Assembly (NCBI GenBank): GCA_964187785.1
Contig: OZ076409.1
Location: 85,376,001-85,440,000 of the forward strand
DNA length: 64,000 nucleotides
DNA from: Amphiscolops sp. MND2022
Lineage: Eukaryota
Direction: 5' to 3'
Numbering within the stretch: position 1 is the first letter of the stretch; every line of letters starts with the position of its first letter. The translations under genes and the position numbers were made by a program. This document shows positions 1 to 12,047 of the stretch, in pieces. Under the pieces are notes generated by a model. The model saw only the letters and a program-made list of their open reading frames with translations. It was not told the DNA's origin and ran no database searches.

Positions 1-48
1 ATCAAATCGGACCCTCAAACCAAAAACTTTCATAATTACCAACAACAA

Positions 49-1224
49 TTGATGGGCTATCCTTCTGTTGTCTGGCAGCAGCAAATTGAAAAAGCTATCA
101 TTATTACCTATAATAATACCCATTTGTTCCAGAAATCAATTCCTGTTTGGGATCCTGATTACACAACTACCTTTACTATCCGATTCAGGCCCATTCCCTT
201 GGTAGACGACTACAACCCTACCTACATCGACCCAGATTGCGGACGAGATCCTTTCTGGGTCACAGAACTCTATAACCAGGGTTTGCTACAATTCCAGTAC
301 GTCATCGACGACAATGACCATTACAACAAGACAGTCCACGAGAACCCTCCAATTACCCATAACAAGAAAACCAGAGCGCTAATTGGAAATTGGCAAATGA
401 ATGATGGTACAAACCATCCGGTGTTTCCAAACCCCTTGGGAACCGAGAATATCGAAAACTGTGCAGAATCAATTCCACAATCGCTACTAGACGAGAGACA
501 GTTCCTGAATGTACTCATTACCAAAAATGGTGAACCAGACTGTATACCCCTGTCAACCAACATTAACCTTAAAACTCAGATCTTGCATCGAATTCGCCTC
601 AAAAAGTTTGTCCCCAATCAACCGCTTGAGGACAATTTCCGAGAAGAGCGATTACTGCCGGACGAAGAAATTGTCATTCCGCAGGACGATTTGTACACAA
701 TTACGTGGGAAACAAACTTTGGTGAACGACTAGCTACACGAGGCAGCGAGCCTATTCCGGCTAGCTTGCCGAATGGCGAAAGACTGACTACGGCAAAAGC
801 GAACGCAGATAACGCAAGCGAGAATGAAGCGGATTACATAATCACGACTGATTGTCCGAATGACGTCAACGATACAGAGCACAGTCGAGATAAACGACTG
901 AAAAGTGACGTCAGCAATGCAAATGAAGGTAGTGAAGCTACTAGAAATGAAAACTCTGATTGGCCGGATTCGGCCGTTTACCACAAAAATCCAGAAAAAT
1001 CTTTGCCGGATCTGTCCGAAAGACAAGGAAACGATGCAAATTTTTCAGAACGAAACTCTGCTAATGATAGCGATGCACAAAAGTCTCCAAAAAGGGGGGA
1101 TGATATTATCGTGCCCGAAATATCGCAAAATGATGAAGGGAATGAAAATCTGAGTCCTAGAGGTGGAAGATATAATCTGAGACCTAATCATAATCCAAAC
1201 TACTCAGAAGACTTCAGATACTAG
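49..1224 (+). CDS. Retrotransposon polyprotein remnant: presumed pre-protease segment fused in frame to the post-integrase tail
   Basis: TQILHRIRLKKFVPNQP...RYNLRPNHNPNY parallels the integrase tail of element 2 (TSHIHRNHLIPYYPKEP...RYNFRPQPRKDY). No protease, RT, RNase H or DDE motif is present. The frame is probably open upstream of 49. Confidence 0.6.
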   Translation: MMGYPSVVWQQQIEKAIIITYNNTHLFQKSIPVWDPDYTTTFTIRFRPIPLVDDYNPTYIDPDCGRDPFWVTELYNQGLLQFQYVIDDNDHYNKTVHENPPITHNKKTRALIGNWQMNDGTNHPVFPNPLGTENIENCAESIPQSLLDERQFLNVLITKNGEPDCIPLSTNINLKTQILHRIRLKKFVPNQPLEDNFREERLLPDEEIVIPQDDLYTITWETNFGERLATRGSEPIPASLPNGERLTTAKANADNASENEADYIITTDCPNDVNDTEHSRDKRLKSDVSNANEGSEATRNENSDWPDSAVYHKNPEKSLPDLSERQGNDANFSERNSANDSDAQKSPKRGDDIIVPEISQNDEGNENLSPRGGRYNLRPNHNPNYSEDFRY

Positions 1225-1241
1225 GAAAAGATTAATATGCG

Positions 1242-2164
1242 TCAAGAAGGAACACTGCTCTCTTTTCTTCCTCCCTCTGCTTCTACCTCTCCTTCTACTT
1301 CTCCTCCTACTGCATCTACCCTTCTTCCTTCTTCGCCATTTGTCTCTTGGTCGCTTATGAATGATTCAGCGACCTGTGACCCTTCTGGCAATTGAGCCTC
1401 TGCATGGAGTCTGACCATTTCGTCAGCGTAAGCTGTAACATCAACACTGTCAGTATTATTTGGAGACCTCTCTACTCTAAGAGGAAGAATCGGGGCGGTG
1501 AAAACACAGCAGCCTGACTTGTACCCACGGGTGAATTGGGATCTGGTGTTCGAGTAGTCTCTTTGTTCTGATTCTATAAACAGAAAGAGATGAAATTTGG
1601 CGGTTAGCTTCCTTGAAAGAAATCCATTTTACCGCGTCAGAAATCTTTCGAAAGTGTTTTAAAAATTTGAATGAAACGTGTTATCACGTGTTCAGTGATG
1701 GAAACAGGAAGCATTTTGTGAACAAATTTTAACCCTGATCAAGTTAAATTAGTTCAAAATAAAAATCCAGATCAACTTATCTTTGAAGACATCCTGCAGT
1801 GATGGAAACTCCTTCTGGGTAACCGTCCTTATTCGGCTGGTGAAGTTAGGGAAAGTGGCCGAGCTCGGCTGAAAAGGGGATGATGCCCCGGAATACTCCG
1901 AGGAAGATGTAGTCGGCAACTGTGTTGGAACCCAAATGGACGTACATAACAATGCAGTACATAGATAGGGATGCCGAAAGAATTCAAAATTAAAAGAATA
2001 CAAATCGTAATGGAATTGGAACTAAATGGGAATAAATGACAATCCTAGAGATTGAAAGTTGGAGTTCGTGGCTGAAGAGATTACCGGACTAATATTTTAT
2101 GGCTATTTACGAATTTAAAACTGTGCATGGAGTCTGCCAGCGAAATGTACAGAAGATTGCTCAT
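1242..2164 (-). CDS. Putative spliced antisense gene of element 1 (exons 2164-2111, 2021-1781, 1573-1242; ~208 aa, acidic C-terminus)
   Basis: ATG at 2164; intron 1 is GTAAAT...TTTAG and joins in phase 0. Intron 2 is ATAAGT...TATAG (degenerate donor) and joins in phase 1 to a 110-codon open frame ending at TGA 1244-1242. Confidence 0.5.
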
Positions 2165-2590
2165 TATTTACAAATTAGTTAGTTAGAAGCCGATTATGGC
2201 CATTTACCTTGTTCCGTTTTGCCGTTTTGTTCCGTTGCCCTTATTACCATTTAGTTAGAATTTCCGCATTCTGGATTATTTTAGTTATTATTTTCACCAT
2301 TTTACTATCCAATTTCCATTTTATCGAAAGTCAATTTTGATTGGCTAAAACCATTTTAAGAGAAACCTTTGGTGCGTGCCGTTAATTGCCTCCAAGCGAC
2401 TCGTTAATTACCCACTTGAGACGAGTGTATTTGATATTAACAACTTGAGCATTGTTCACACCTATTCTGATGACGGGAGTGATAAGGAGATCAACACCAA
2501 GAGGTGAGCCGGCCTACGTCACAGCAATTATGAAGGAAGCTTATTTGAATGGACTTAATGCAGGGTCGTTTTTATTTATTCCACCCGCAG

Positions 2591-4783
2591 TGTCGCAGGC
2601 TGCCTCCTGCAAATTAACCAATCACAGTGCAGTATAGCTAGTATTAGTATTATCTCTCAGCAATACATTATTTGGCCGGTTATGGCCGCTTGCCTTAATC
2701 TAACCACTATGCTCGCGGACGCTGGTCCAATGGCCGGTTCCGGCCTATTTAGCTTTCATCAAGTAATCTGTGCTATTTAATCAGTAGTGCTGTGTATTTT
2801 CTTGGAAAGTACTTGAAGCTGTCTTAATACGTCAGATGCAATGATAAAAGGTGTTAGAAGAAGCATTGCTAATTGTTTTAATTATAGTTGCTATTGATAA
2901 AATCCCGTAACAGATACGTCACTTGAGCACGCGGCCTTGTCCAATCAAATTACTCCATTTGCTACGCAGTTAATATTTCCATTCATTAATGGCCGAATAA
3001 GGCCTGTGGACATAACTTCGCTACTTTTAATAAATATCCAGTCAGACGGCCGGTTCCGGCCATTTCACATAAAGCGCAATTGTGATGCTAATTATTCTCA
3101 TACTTAACCAGGATTCATGTGCTTGTACTCTTAGGCTGAATAACCCCTCTAGTGCAGTATTAACTAACTACACCCCAGTCTTAGCTCTTTCAGACGGTTA
3201 AGGCCGTTTGACCAGTATTTTAATAATGTTCACTTAATACGGGGGAATTAGCCTATTCAGGCCAGATTGTGTAAAAGCGCTGTACACGTTTTTAATTGAT
3301 TGGCCGTATATGGCCACTTGACGTTATATTAGATTGGTAATGCAGGACAAAAGGCAAATGGCCGGTTTAGGCCATTTTGCTTATTATTATTAGAGATGCT
3401 TTTAAGCATGAATGAGTTTGTTTTACAGTCATGTAAGATTATATTTATATACTTGAAGATGTTAATGAGCTTTTTAAATCCAATTAGTGCAATAATAACG
3501 ACCAGTAGTAGCAATCCGAATACCCGTCACCTGTCCTATTCCGGCCTTCACTATTGGCCAGCTCCCAAGTCCAATGGCCGTATTAGGCCATATTGCTATA
3601 TTATGTTCATTTCTATTGCATGAAACTGTGTCTTTGTTTTGTTGATTCTACGCACGTGTGTAGGCACGTGCCGCTAAATAGTTTACATTCCTCTCACTGT
3701 AAACAATTTGAAAGTATTAGTTTTGATGTTTGGTCAAAGTGTTGTTTGCCTAATATAATAAGGCTAAATTCCTCCGCTCCCCTTTGATGATAGTATTTGC
3801 AGTTAGAAAATGCATTTGAGTGCATTCCATATTTTATGTAAACTTTAATTGATTTTGCTGCGAATGAATTAGGTATGAATTCCCTTTGGCCCTAACGGGA
3901 CAAATTCCTAAGTGCTTTGATGCAGTTGACGCCGCTAAAAATGAATGAATGTTAGTGGTCACCCGCCATGGTCATGTGCCCTTTATGGAATTTGTAAATA
4001 GATTGTCATGCAAGGAATGTGAGTGTCACCCTCTCAGGGGTATATATATTAGTATTTTTCATGAGAGGGACACAATTGTATTTTGCTTCTCCAAGTTTAG
4101 TTTGATATACCTGTTTACGATACAACGTACAAAATCCTATTTTCCGAATAAAACCTAATTCACTGTTTTACCTCGGACTTTCTTTCTAATGCCTACAACA
4201 AGAAAGCAGAAGAAAACCAGAAAATCTAGAGGAGTTGAGATAATTTCGGACATTGAAAATGTAGATATGATGCTCGGAGAAAACCATTTCAGTAGAAATG
4301 AGAGAGATGAAAGCCTCAGTAGTAATCAAACCAGAAGACCTGAAAGTACTTTTGGTGATCAATTTGAAAATAATGATGAAAACAGGTACTTAAATTCAAG
4401 AAATGACGGACTTAGTCCAAATGCCGATTACGGCCAAAACTCTGCTGGAGGTAATTCTAGTGCTGAGATAAATAGACTGTCGAGTGAATTGAATTCCCGA
4501 ATATCTAGAGAGATGGACGAGATGATGAATAGTGTCAGTGTTCAGATACAGAGAGCCATAAATGATGCAATTAGCAATCAGGTTTTACCCCAGATTCAAA
4601 ATGCCATTGTGGCCGGATCGGGACATTTGACCAGAGAAAGATGGAACGTTCCGGCCGAGAGACCGGAAGGATATTCCGAAGTTCTGCGAAACTCAGATTC
4701 CAGAGATAACTCGAGAAGTAAGCCATTTATGGACTGTCAGAAAGACGGTCCAACTACATCCACAAACGCGCGTGCTTACGACA
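2591..4783 (+). repeat. Candidate 3' LTR of element 1 (~2.2 kb)
   Basis: TG...CA ends with an 8/10 inverted repeat; TATA-like TATATATA near 4041 and AATAAA at 4146. The partner LTR is not in the window and no clear PPT precedes 2591. Confidence 0.55.
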
Positions 4784-4803
4784 ACCAGTATCATGGTCGT
4801 TGA
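4189..4803 (+). CDS. LTR-internal ORF (probable Gag-like N-terminal/coiled-coil protein) running off the LTR end
   Basis: 204-aa ORF with a basic N-terminus and helical heptad region; crosses the LTR end at 4783; a diverged homolog lies at 54068-54268. Confidence 0.55.
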   Translation: MPTTRKQKKTRKSRGVEIISDIENVDMMLGENHFSRNERDESLSSNQTRRPESTFGDQFENNDENRYLNSRNDGLSPNADYGQNSAGGNSSAEINRLSSELNSRISREMDEMMNSVSVQIQRAINDAISNQVLPQIQNAIVAGSGHLTRERWNVPAERPEGYSEVLRNSDSRDNSRSKPFMDCQKDGPTTSTNARAYDNQYHGR

Positions 4804-4899
4804 TGCAATTGAATGACTCTAAAACATGTTTTATTATAGCCAAAGAACTCTTTACCAACTGCAGCTCATAAGGTCATTATAAATTTTGTTTTTATGGAA

Positions 4900-5039
4900 C
4901 ATGGTTTATCATAGACTGGACCATATATGTCCAGAGTATGGTCAGCCTGGAACCATAAACCTTCATGGTCCAGAGTATGATCAGCCTGGAATCATACTGT
5001 GAGTATGCTGGCAGAGTATGATTGACCTTTTTGTATGGG
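4900..5039. repeat. End of a small DNA-transposon-like repeat with CCAGAGTATG(G/A)TCAGCCTGGAA subrepeats
   Basis: Two to three tandem subrepeats ending in TTGTATGGG; the other end is not visible. Confidence 0.35.
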
Positions 5040-6722
5040 AGATAAACCCGGGAAAAACAACGTTCGATTCAGATCTCCAATTTTTGAATTTAACGCTTTT
5101 TCTCAAAACGCTCCACTTGAGAAATTACGCAGCAATATTATAACAAAATGCGAATTCAATTTTGACTCAATAAAAACAGTACTTGAGCAGAAGTACCAGT
5201 AGTTTTTATCTGTTCATTTTTCAAGAACGAATTTTTGGAAACATTGTTAATGAATCTTAGAGAATGGTGTCAAGGCGACAAAATTGAACGAAAGAGTTTT
5301 TCATCAGACCTGTAGTTTAAGAGACATTGCGTAATAATGTTCAGGAAGTTCCAAACGTCCTCGAAATAAAATGTGATTTCTATTTTCTTATACATAACCA
5401 AGTTAAAAACAATCAAGAGAGAGAAATAATTTTCCTCTTTTTTCAAACGGACAAAGTAGTGAAAAAGGGCTTTTGTGACTGACTTTCATATTTGTTGATA
5501 ATAGTAACTCTTCTGCCGACATTGCATTGAAATCGAGTTCTTTTTCTAGTTTTCAATCAATCGTCTTCAAATGTCTTTCGGTGTTCCTTCAACTGTTTGC
5601 TTCATCTCCTGTTCTTGCAAGTACTTCTTTTCGCTAGGTAGTTTTGGATAATTAACCGGATGAAGCCGTTTCGTTTCGTCGCTTGTCAATCATTCAGAAC
5701 AATTGTTATTATCAGATCAGTTCCGAGGACGAATTCGAACACTTTTGGCAAGTACAGCTTAGATTGACAACTTAGAACTTAAATGTAAAAATAGTCTTTT
5801 ACCATCAACATTTTTTAACGACATCGCCCACATTTTTGATGCTGTTGCACTCAAACTTGGTTCAGGATTTGAGCAGAAAATAGTAAGTGTACAGTTTTTT
5901 TCGGGTCACACGGTACTCAAGGACTCAATGGGCAGTCATTCCACCTTGATGCCATTGACGTCACGCCTTCGTACATGTCGAAGTCTAAACTCGAAGTCTC
6001 CATCAAAACCATAACGGACAAATTAATAAAACCAACGTTGGGCCTCAATAGCACAGAACGTTTTTCAATGTGATGTTTCACAGCACTTTTTTTGTGATGA
6101 GAAGAGTTGAATTTAAGCTACATATGCCTCGTTTTGCTTATTTACTATCACATATTTTTCTGAATTGTCATCCAACATGGCAGTGCTCACTCTGTACATA
6201 ACCAATAGCGATCGTTTGAACGTTTCTCGACTACATGGTAGTGTGATCTTTTTCAACAGTTACCCTAACACTGGACTTTTTGGTAAATGCCTTTTTTTCG
6301 ACCCAGAAAGAAACTAATGAGAGTGCGTTGCCAGTATCGAGTCCAATCCCTCCCTTAAAAAATCTTCCACTCTAAGCGTATTCGAAAATTTCAGCATTGA
6401 ACGTGAACATTTTTTGTTCGACCAATGATAAACCTTTTCTCAACGCGAAATGAACTGATGCCATTAATTTCCGGGGAAATTGATATAGTTTCAAAACTGG
6501 CGAAGGCAATTTTTCCCAGGAAACTGATATGGTTAAAAAATTGGCAGGCCAGTTAAACTGAGACTACCGAAAAGGTGTTCATTTCAGACAGTCGACAAGT
6601 TGAACAAATCTGAAGCAAGCATAAATTCGAATGACGTTTCACTTTCAGTCTTTGACTTATTTCTTCTATTAGTGAAAAGCAACGAGTTTTGAGAGTCAAG
6701 AGCGTAGGTTGTATGATTTCAG

Positions 6723-6979
6723 ACAACCGTGACATTGGGTGGAACAACCAGCTTTCGATCTGCAAGACTTTGATCTTCATCACCTTCGTGTACTACGTCT
6801 CGTTCCTGCCCTTCTTCGTGTATCAGTTCCTCATCTACTTCTACGCCATCCAAGTCAACGCACCCATGTACAGGGGACTCAAGATGTTCCGCAACCTCGG
6901 CGCCCTCACCGACGGACTCATTTTCTACAAAATGAGCAGCAGGTACCACTCGTTCGTCATTCATAAATGCATTCCGTGA
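6723..6979 (+). CDS. Terminal coding exon of a rhodopsin-like (class A) GPCR: TM6, TM7, helix 8
   Basis: GC3-rich island after acceptor TTTCAG (6722); KTLIFITFVYYVSFLPFFV is TM6-like, LTDGLIFYKMSSRY is TM7/H8-like; TGA at 6977-6979. Confidence 0.7.
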
Positions 6980-7259
6980 TGACAACGAGTACATGAGTGT
7001 TTTAAAATATCGCAACTCCATTGTTTAAAATTGCAAATTTCAAATCCAAATATCCTAATCCAAATCTATATTGACACAAATAACAACTCACAGTTAGTCC
7101 AATAGATTGTCGATAAGAAAAACCATTTGTTTTCCTATATGTTTTCTGTGTTTCGTAATGTTTTATCAAAAAACCACGTATTTGTGACATTTTTCGATAT
7201 TTTTTCCCAAAAACGTTTCACAGTGCCGAAATTAGACTAAGATGTGACCCTTTAGACTA

Positions 7260-7636
7260 ACAAGCCGGGACCGGCCCAAGTCGGCCCCATATCTAAGGCT
7301 CAAAAATGGCAAAAAGACTTCAAAGTGTCGAAGTATTCTCTTCTACAGCACCTGAATTTTTTTTCGAGAAAAGTCTCACAATGCCAAAAAAAAATTGAAA
7401 GGGACTCTTCAACATCCAATCTGTCGCAAAAATTAAAAAAAACTACAAGAGGGAACCTTTGGTCTCGTCCGGTTTTGTATGTTACGCGGTAAACCTTTTT
7501 GGTACAGTTCCATGGGCCAACAGGCTAACAATTTGGCGTCTTCTTTTGGTCACTTCAGGTGTATCAAAAGAAAAAACACTGACGAAAAGCCATGACTATA
7601 GCTGACTCTTTTCTTACGAAAATTGCCGACTAAAAA
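7260..7636 (-). mobile_element. Helentron/DINE-1-like non-autonomous repeat (HINE-like)
   Basis: Subterminal inverted repeat AGTCGGC/GCCGACT, terminal stem-loop GCCG-GTCC-CGGC, internal GGACCCTTT-type modules. Confidence 0.6.
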
Positions 7637-8185
7637 TGTTTGTTCGAAATTTCTATGACCCATACTGAAAAAGTTAGAAAATACAAATTATAAAAAAATT
7701 CAGTTGAAAATTGAGTTTTTCGAAAATTGAGTCGACACAGCCATAATTTTTGGATTTTTTATTCAGAGACTCCCGATAATCTCCCGAACCTACGGAGTTG
7801 TTTTGAATGAGATTTTGTTTCGAATCAGAAAAAATGCATTATATTTTGTGTCTATGAGCACTGAAATACATGTACTAAGATAAGCTAAGAATAGTATTAA
7901 GAAAATTGATGATTTTTATTTAAAATCGAAAAAGTTTTTCAATCAAAACTTATCAGCATGTTCTGGAGATTTGAGGGCAAATGATTGACTGAAAATTTTC
8001 CAAATATATTTTTTCAACTTTTTGCAAATCAAGAAGTGCAAATTTCATGAAACTTTTGATATTTCCAAACGACTGTTGCGATATTTTGAACGCTACTGTA
8101 GTTCGGGTATTACAAGCACAGTGGCCCAATTAAGTTTCTATTCGCGAGAAACCATGCGATACATAAGACAGTGGTTCCTCAGATT

Positions 8186-8608
8186 CTATTGATAATGAAG
8201 TTCCTTCCCGAGGCCTGCACAAAAAAAAACATTTTTTTCGGAATGTCTATCGACTTTCTTTATACAAAAATCTCTGTGTATTGATTCATAAAATGCTAAT
8301 TTTGGATGCGTGCACTTGAATAGATCACCTATAATACAACGCAATTCATTTAGCGACAAATTTGGAACATTGTGGGTTTTCAGTACATTCGATTCTCCTT
8401 GGCTTAGAAAAATGGTTCGAACTTTTGCCTTTTTCTTCGTTCGAAAAGAAGAACAATCTTCTGACGTCATAGGAACGAAATAACATCGGTTCTGAGTTTC
8501 GATTTCACACAAAATGTTCATTTTAATACCGTTGAGCGAGCAACAATAGTCTCTCAGGTCGTAATTATTGCTTAAAACTTCAAATAAATAATGCTCCTTG
8601 TACCTCAT
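8186..8608 (-). other. 140-aa ORF of unknown nature, possibly a transposon remnant
   Basis: Open frame only; no motif recognised. Confidence 0.2.
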
Positions 8609-9888
8609 TAACTCTTGTAAAAACTTGATATTTCCTGGAAAAGTTCAGTAATACTGGAAGTTCAGTAGTACCTTTTGGGTGACAGCCGGATGTTACCTTG
8701 TACCTCTCATTATCAGGCATGCGTTACATCCAGCGCGATGTGTTAAATCACGCCATATAAACGAAGGATGTCTTATATTCCACAACTGCAAGAATTAATT
8801 CGAAGTTTTTGCTTTCAACCAAAATTTTGAGACTTGGTTCTCATTCTAAATTAGGTGTTGAACTAAAGGAAATAGGATACTCGTTCATTTTGGGCATATC
8901 ACATAAAGTTTTCATGAGGCAAAATCATTTTGGCGATGAAAAATACCTTTTATAATTAGTGTATGTCTTTTATGAGAGCGAACTATGGCGATAGAGGCAC
9001 TGGTTTATGTTCCTGGCAAAAAAATGTTTCCAACTAGTTTCTCACAAGGTGGAAGGATCGAATTCTCATCTGAGATGTTTAAAATTTTCCGGTTTTCTAT
9101 TTTAGTAATCTGAAACAACTAAATTTTTTTCATCAATTTGTGTTTTTTGATGTTTTCAGTTAGAGAAAACGATTTTGAATTCCAAAGGAACATAGTTCAA
9201 TTTTTGCCACTAAGGTTTTTGACAACTTTCCTAAAAAAGTTTTATTATGAGCCTTGAGCAACCCTTTGGAATTTCTTCACCACTGTAAGATTTCTTGACA
9301 TTTACTTGAACATAGCCCAAGCTTTTTCAGTGCAGTTTGTCCTGTTTGAGTTTTTGGCGGAGCACACGTCGCTGAGATGTTCTCGGCTTGTTTTCTAAAG
9401 TACGACTGATGGGAGAAACTCCACAAGTCGATTCGAACAAAAATACCCGAACATTTCAAAATTGGAATTTAATTTCTCATCATCATTAGATTTTTCTCAT
9501 TCAGAAATCAAAACAAAAATATTGTTTAAATAATGAATGTAATGAGATGCGCCGTGGCACACTCATACTTTTCTCGTTCATGGAAACAAGAATGGAGAAA
9601 CTTAACAAGGATATTCTTTTGAATTTCTGGTTCTAATACTGCAGTATTTGGTCTCCTGCATTCCCAAATGTCCTAATTAGTCTAGAAAGTGTCTAAAAAT
9701 AGCCTAAGAGTCTAGAAATTGTCCAACAAATACAAGCATTCTTTTGAAAATTTCTAAATGTTTTGTTGCATTCACTCCTTGGGACGATCTGATGATGAGA
9801 AAAGAGCCGTAATGCTTATATATGGACTGCTACTTTTTTGATAGTAAGTATGAGGCTAAAAAGGCAAATGAAGCCAAAGATTTAGGTT

Positions 9889-10691
9889 CCCATGTTGAGC
9901 TTTCCTTGAGAATCTGTACAGATCTGTGAGCCTTTTTTCCTTGAGGATCTGTAAAGATCGTGCCACTGCTACGTAAGGACAACTGCAGATCTGCAAGGAT
10001 CTTTAAGGATGTTCAAGGATTTTCTGTACAGATTTTTCAGGAAATTTTTTCGTGGAGCTTCTGGGAAACTATGTATGGCATTTTCGGGCTTCTTCAACAA
10101 GTATTTTTGCTGACCAAGGCTCAGTCAGTTGAAAATCTCAATCACTCAAAATTCTTGAGCAGGAAAACTTGTCCCCATCAAGGTAATCTTGGTGACTGGA
10201 GTATTAAAACACGGTAATTTATCCATTTCACTCGAACTTTCCAGAAGTGGTTGTTGAACTTTGAAAGGCTCGTTTGCCATATTGACTTCGTTTTGACAGA
10301 TAAAATTTGACATGTGGCAACCTTCTGGGTTGGTCGATGTGTTGATAAAGTGTTGTTGTTGTAATATTTCGGAAACATGGTTAGCTGGAGTATTTTTAGT
10401 AATTGCTGGAAACTTGGAATACGTTATAGTAATTTATTGGTCATTTTCGTATGGTTTATTTACGACCAATCCTGGGATATCTGTCAGGATCTGTACAGAT
10501 CTGTACAGATTCGCACAGAAACATTTTTTAAAACTTCAACTAGGAAGCGTGTGTATCTTGTAGAGCACTTTTTATTCAACTAGTTTCAATTTCAAAACTG
10601 TTTTTTGACTAGTTAATTTTCGAAAAATCCTGGAATATCTGTCAGGATCTGTACAGATCTGTACAGATTCGCAGGGAGTGCTCAACATGGG
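9889..10691. mobile_element. MITE with CCC...GGG termini
   Basis: 12-bp TIR CCCATGTTGAGC/GCTCAACATGGG; TT on both flanks; GATCTGTACAGATCTGT subrepeats near both ends. Confidence 0.7.
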
Positions 10692-11047
10692 TTTTAAGGC
10701 CAACTGAAACTACTTCATGTTCGTGGACAATGGAGCGTTTTAGCAGAAAAACTAATGAAATTGACACAATAAGCACCTTTGTTGAACTTTGATGTATTAT
10801 TGCTGTAGTTTAGCAAAATGCTACCTTGAGTAGCAAAAATTTCACGAATGAGTCGTTTCGCTTGATTATCTTTGGTCGGTATTTGGAGCTCCAGCTTATT
10901 AGCTGTGAGGTCTGCCTTGTTGGTGTTTTCCAGTATTGATTATAATCGTGAATAGCCTAGAACATTTTCTGTGACCGGCAATGGCTTGATTTGCTGACAT
11001 GAAGTCACGTTCAGTTTTGGCACGAAGCCTAGCAAGTGAAGTAGAAA

Positions 11048-11404
11048 ACAAGACGGGAACTATATCCAAGGCTCGAAAAAGTTGTATCAAAAAATTGAAA
11101 GGGGAACCCTTTGGAGACATAAAAAATTTTCGAAAAAATCTCACAAAGCCGAAAAAGGCGGGAAAAATCTCATAGTGCCAAAAAATTGGAGATGGACGAC
11201 CCTTCTGCTTTACAATGGTTTTGTATTTCATGTTCGCGGCTTTTGGATGCGTTCAAAATCAAGTAAGTACTAAGTAATTTTGGTAAAAGTGCAGGAGACA
11301 CAAAAAGTGGTACATAAAGGGTGTGTTGCTCTGACGAAAAAAAAGAAAAAAACTAGCCACTGTAATAGTCGGGCACGTTTCACTAGAAAGGCGACGACTA
11401 AAAA
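11048..11404 (-). mobile_element. HINE-like repeat copy
   Basis: ACAAGACGGGAAC...AGGCTC end and AATAGTCGGGC...CGACTAAAAA end. Confidence 0.6.
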
Positions 11405-12047
11405 GTCAAAATTGAAATCCTTCAAAATTCTTTTGTCCTAAGCAGTCCTTTTTGCACCCGAAACTTTGTTCTCAGAGAACAAATTTTCAGAAGCCATGGA
11501 AGAAAGAGGTTGAGAAATATATTTTGTTTCGTAGTTAAAACCTAGGAAACAATCTAATGAGAAAAATACACAACAGGAAACATTGCGTGAATTACCGTTA
11601 AAATAGGACTTAACTCCAATAAATTCAAGTATTATGAAACCCAAACGAACCGCTCAGATACTTTTTTTATCCAACTTACTCTGGAATATTTAGAAACAAA
11701 TTACGTTCACAAGCTATATTTAAACTCTCGTCCTACCATTTGCCCAGAGGTAAAATTCACAATAGGAACGTTTCATTATTTGTTATGTTTCAATATTCAA
11801 TAGAGAGTTCAAGGCACCTCTGAAAGGCTCAAAAAGAGAAACAAAACTTGCAGTCGAATAGTGCGAAAAAAAAACAAAATGGGGTATTAAAAAATTGAAC
11901 AATTCCAAAAAATCGGAACACTCAAATTCCTTTGCAAGTCCAATACGTTTTTTAAAAATCAATGGGTATACCTTTTGAACTAATTTAACAATTTGTGAAA
12001 ATTTCTTGGCAATTTTTTATCACTTCAACCGGGTTGGAAAAAAAACG

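Larger units (their letters stand above)
1..4783 (+). mobile_element. 3' part of an internally deleted Ty3/gypsy-like LTR element (element 1); 5' end lies outside the window
   Basis: ORF 49-1224 ends in an integrase-type C-terminal tail; it is followed by a 3' region and a candidate LTR bounded by TGTCGCAGGC (2591) and GCTTACGACA (4783). Confidence 0.7.
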
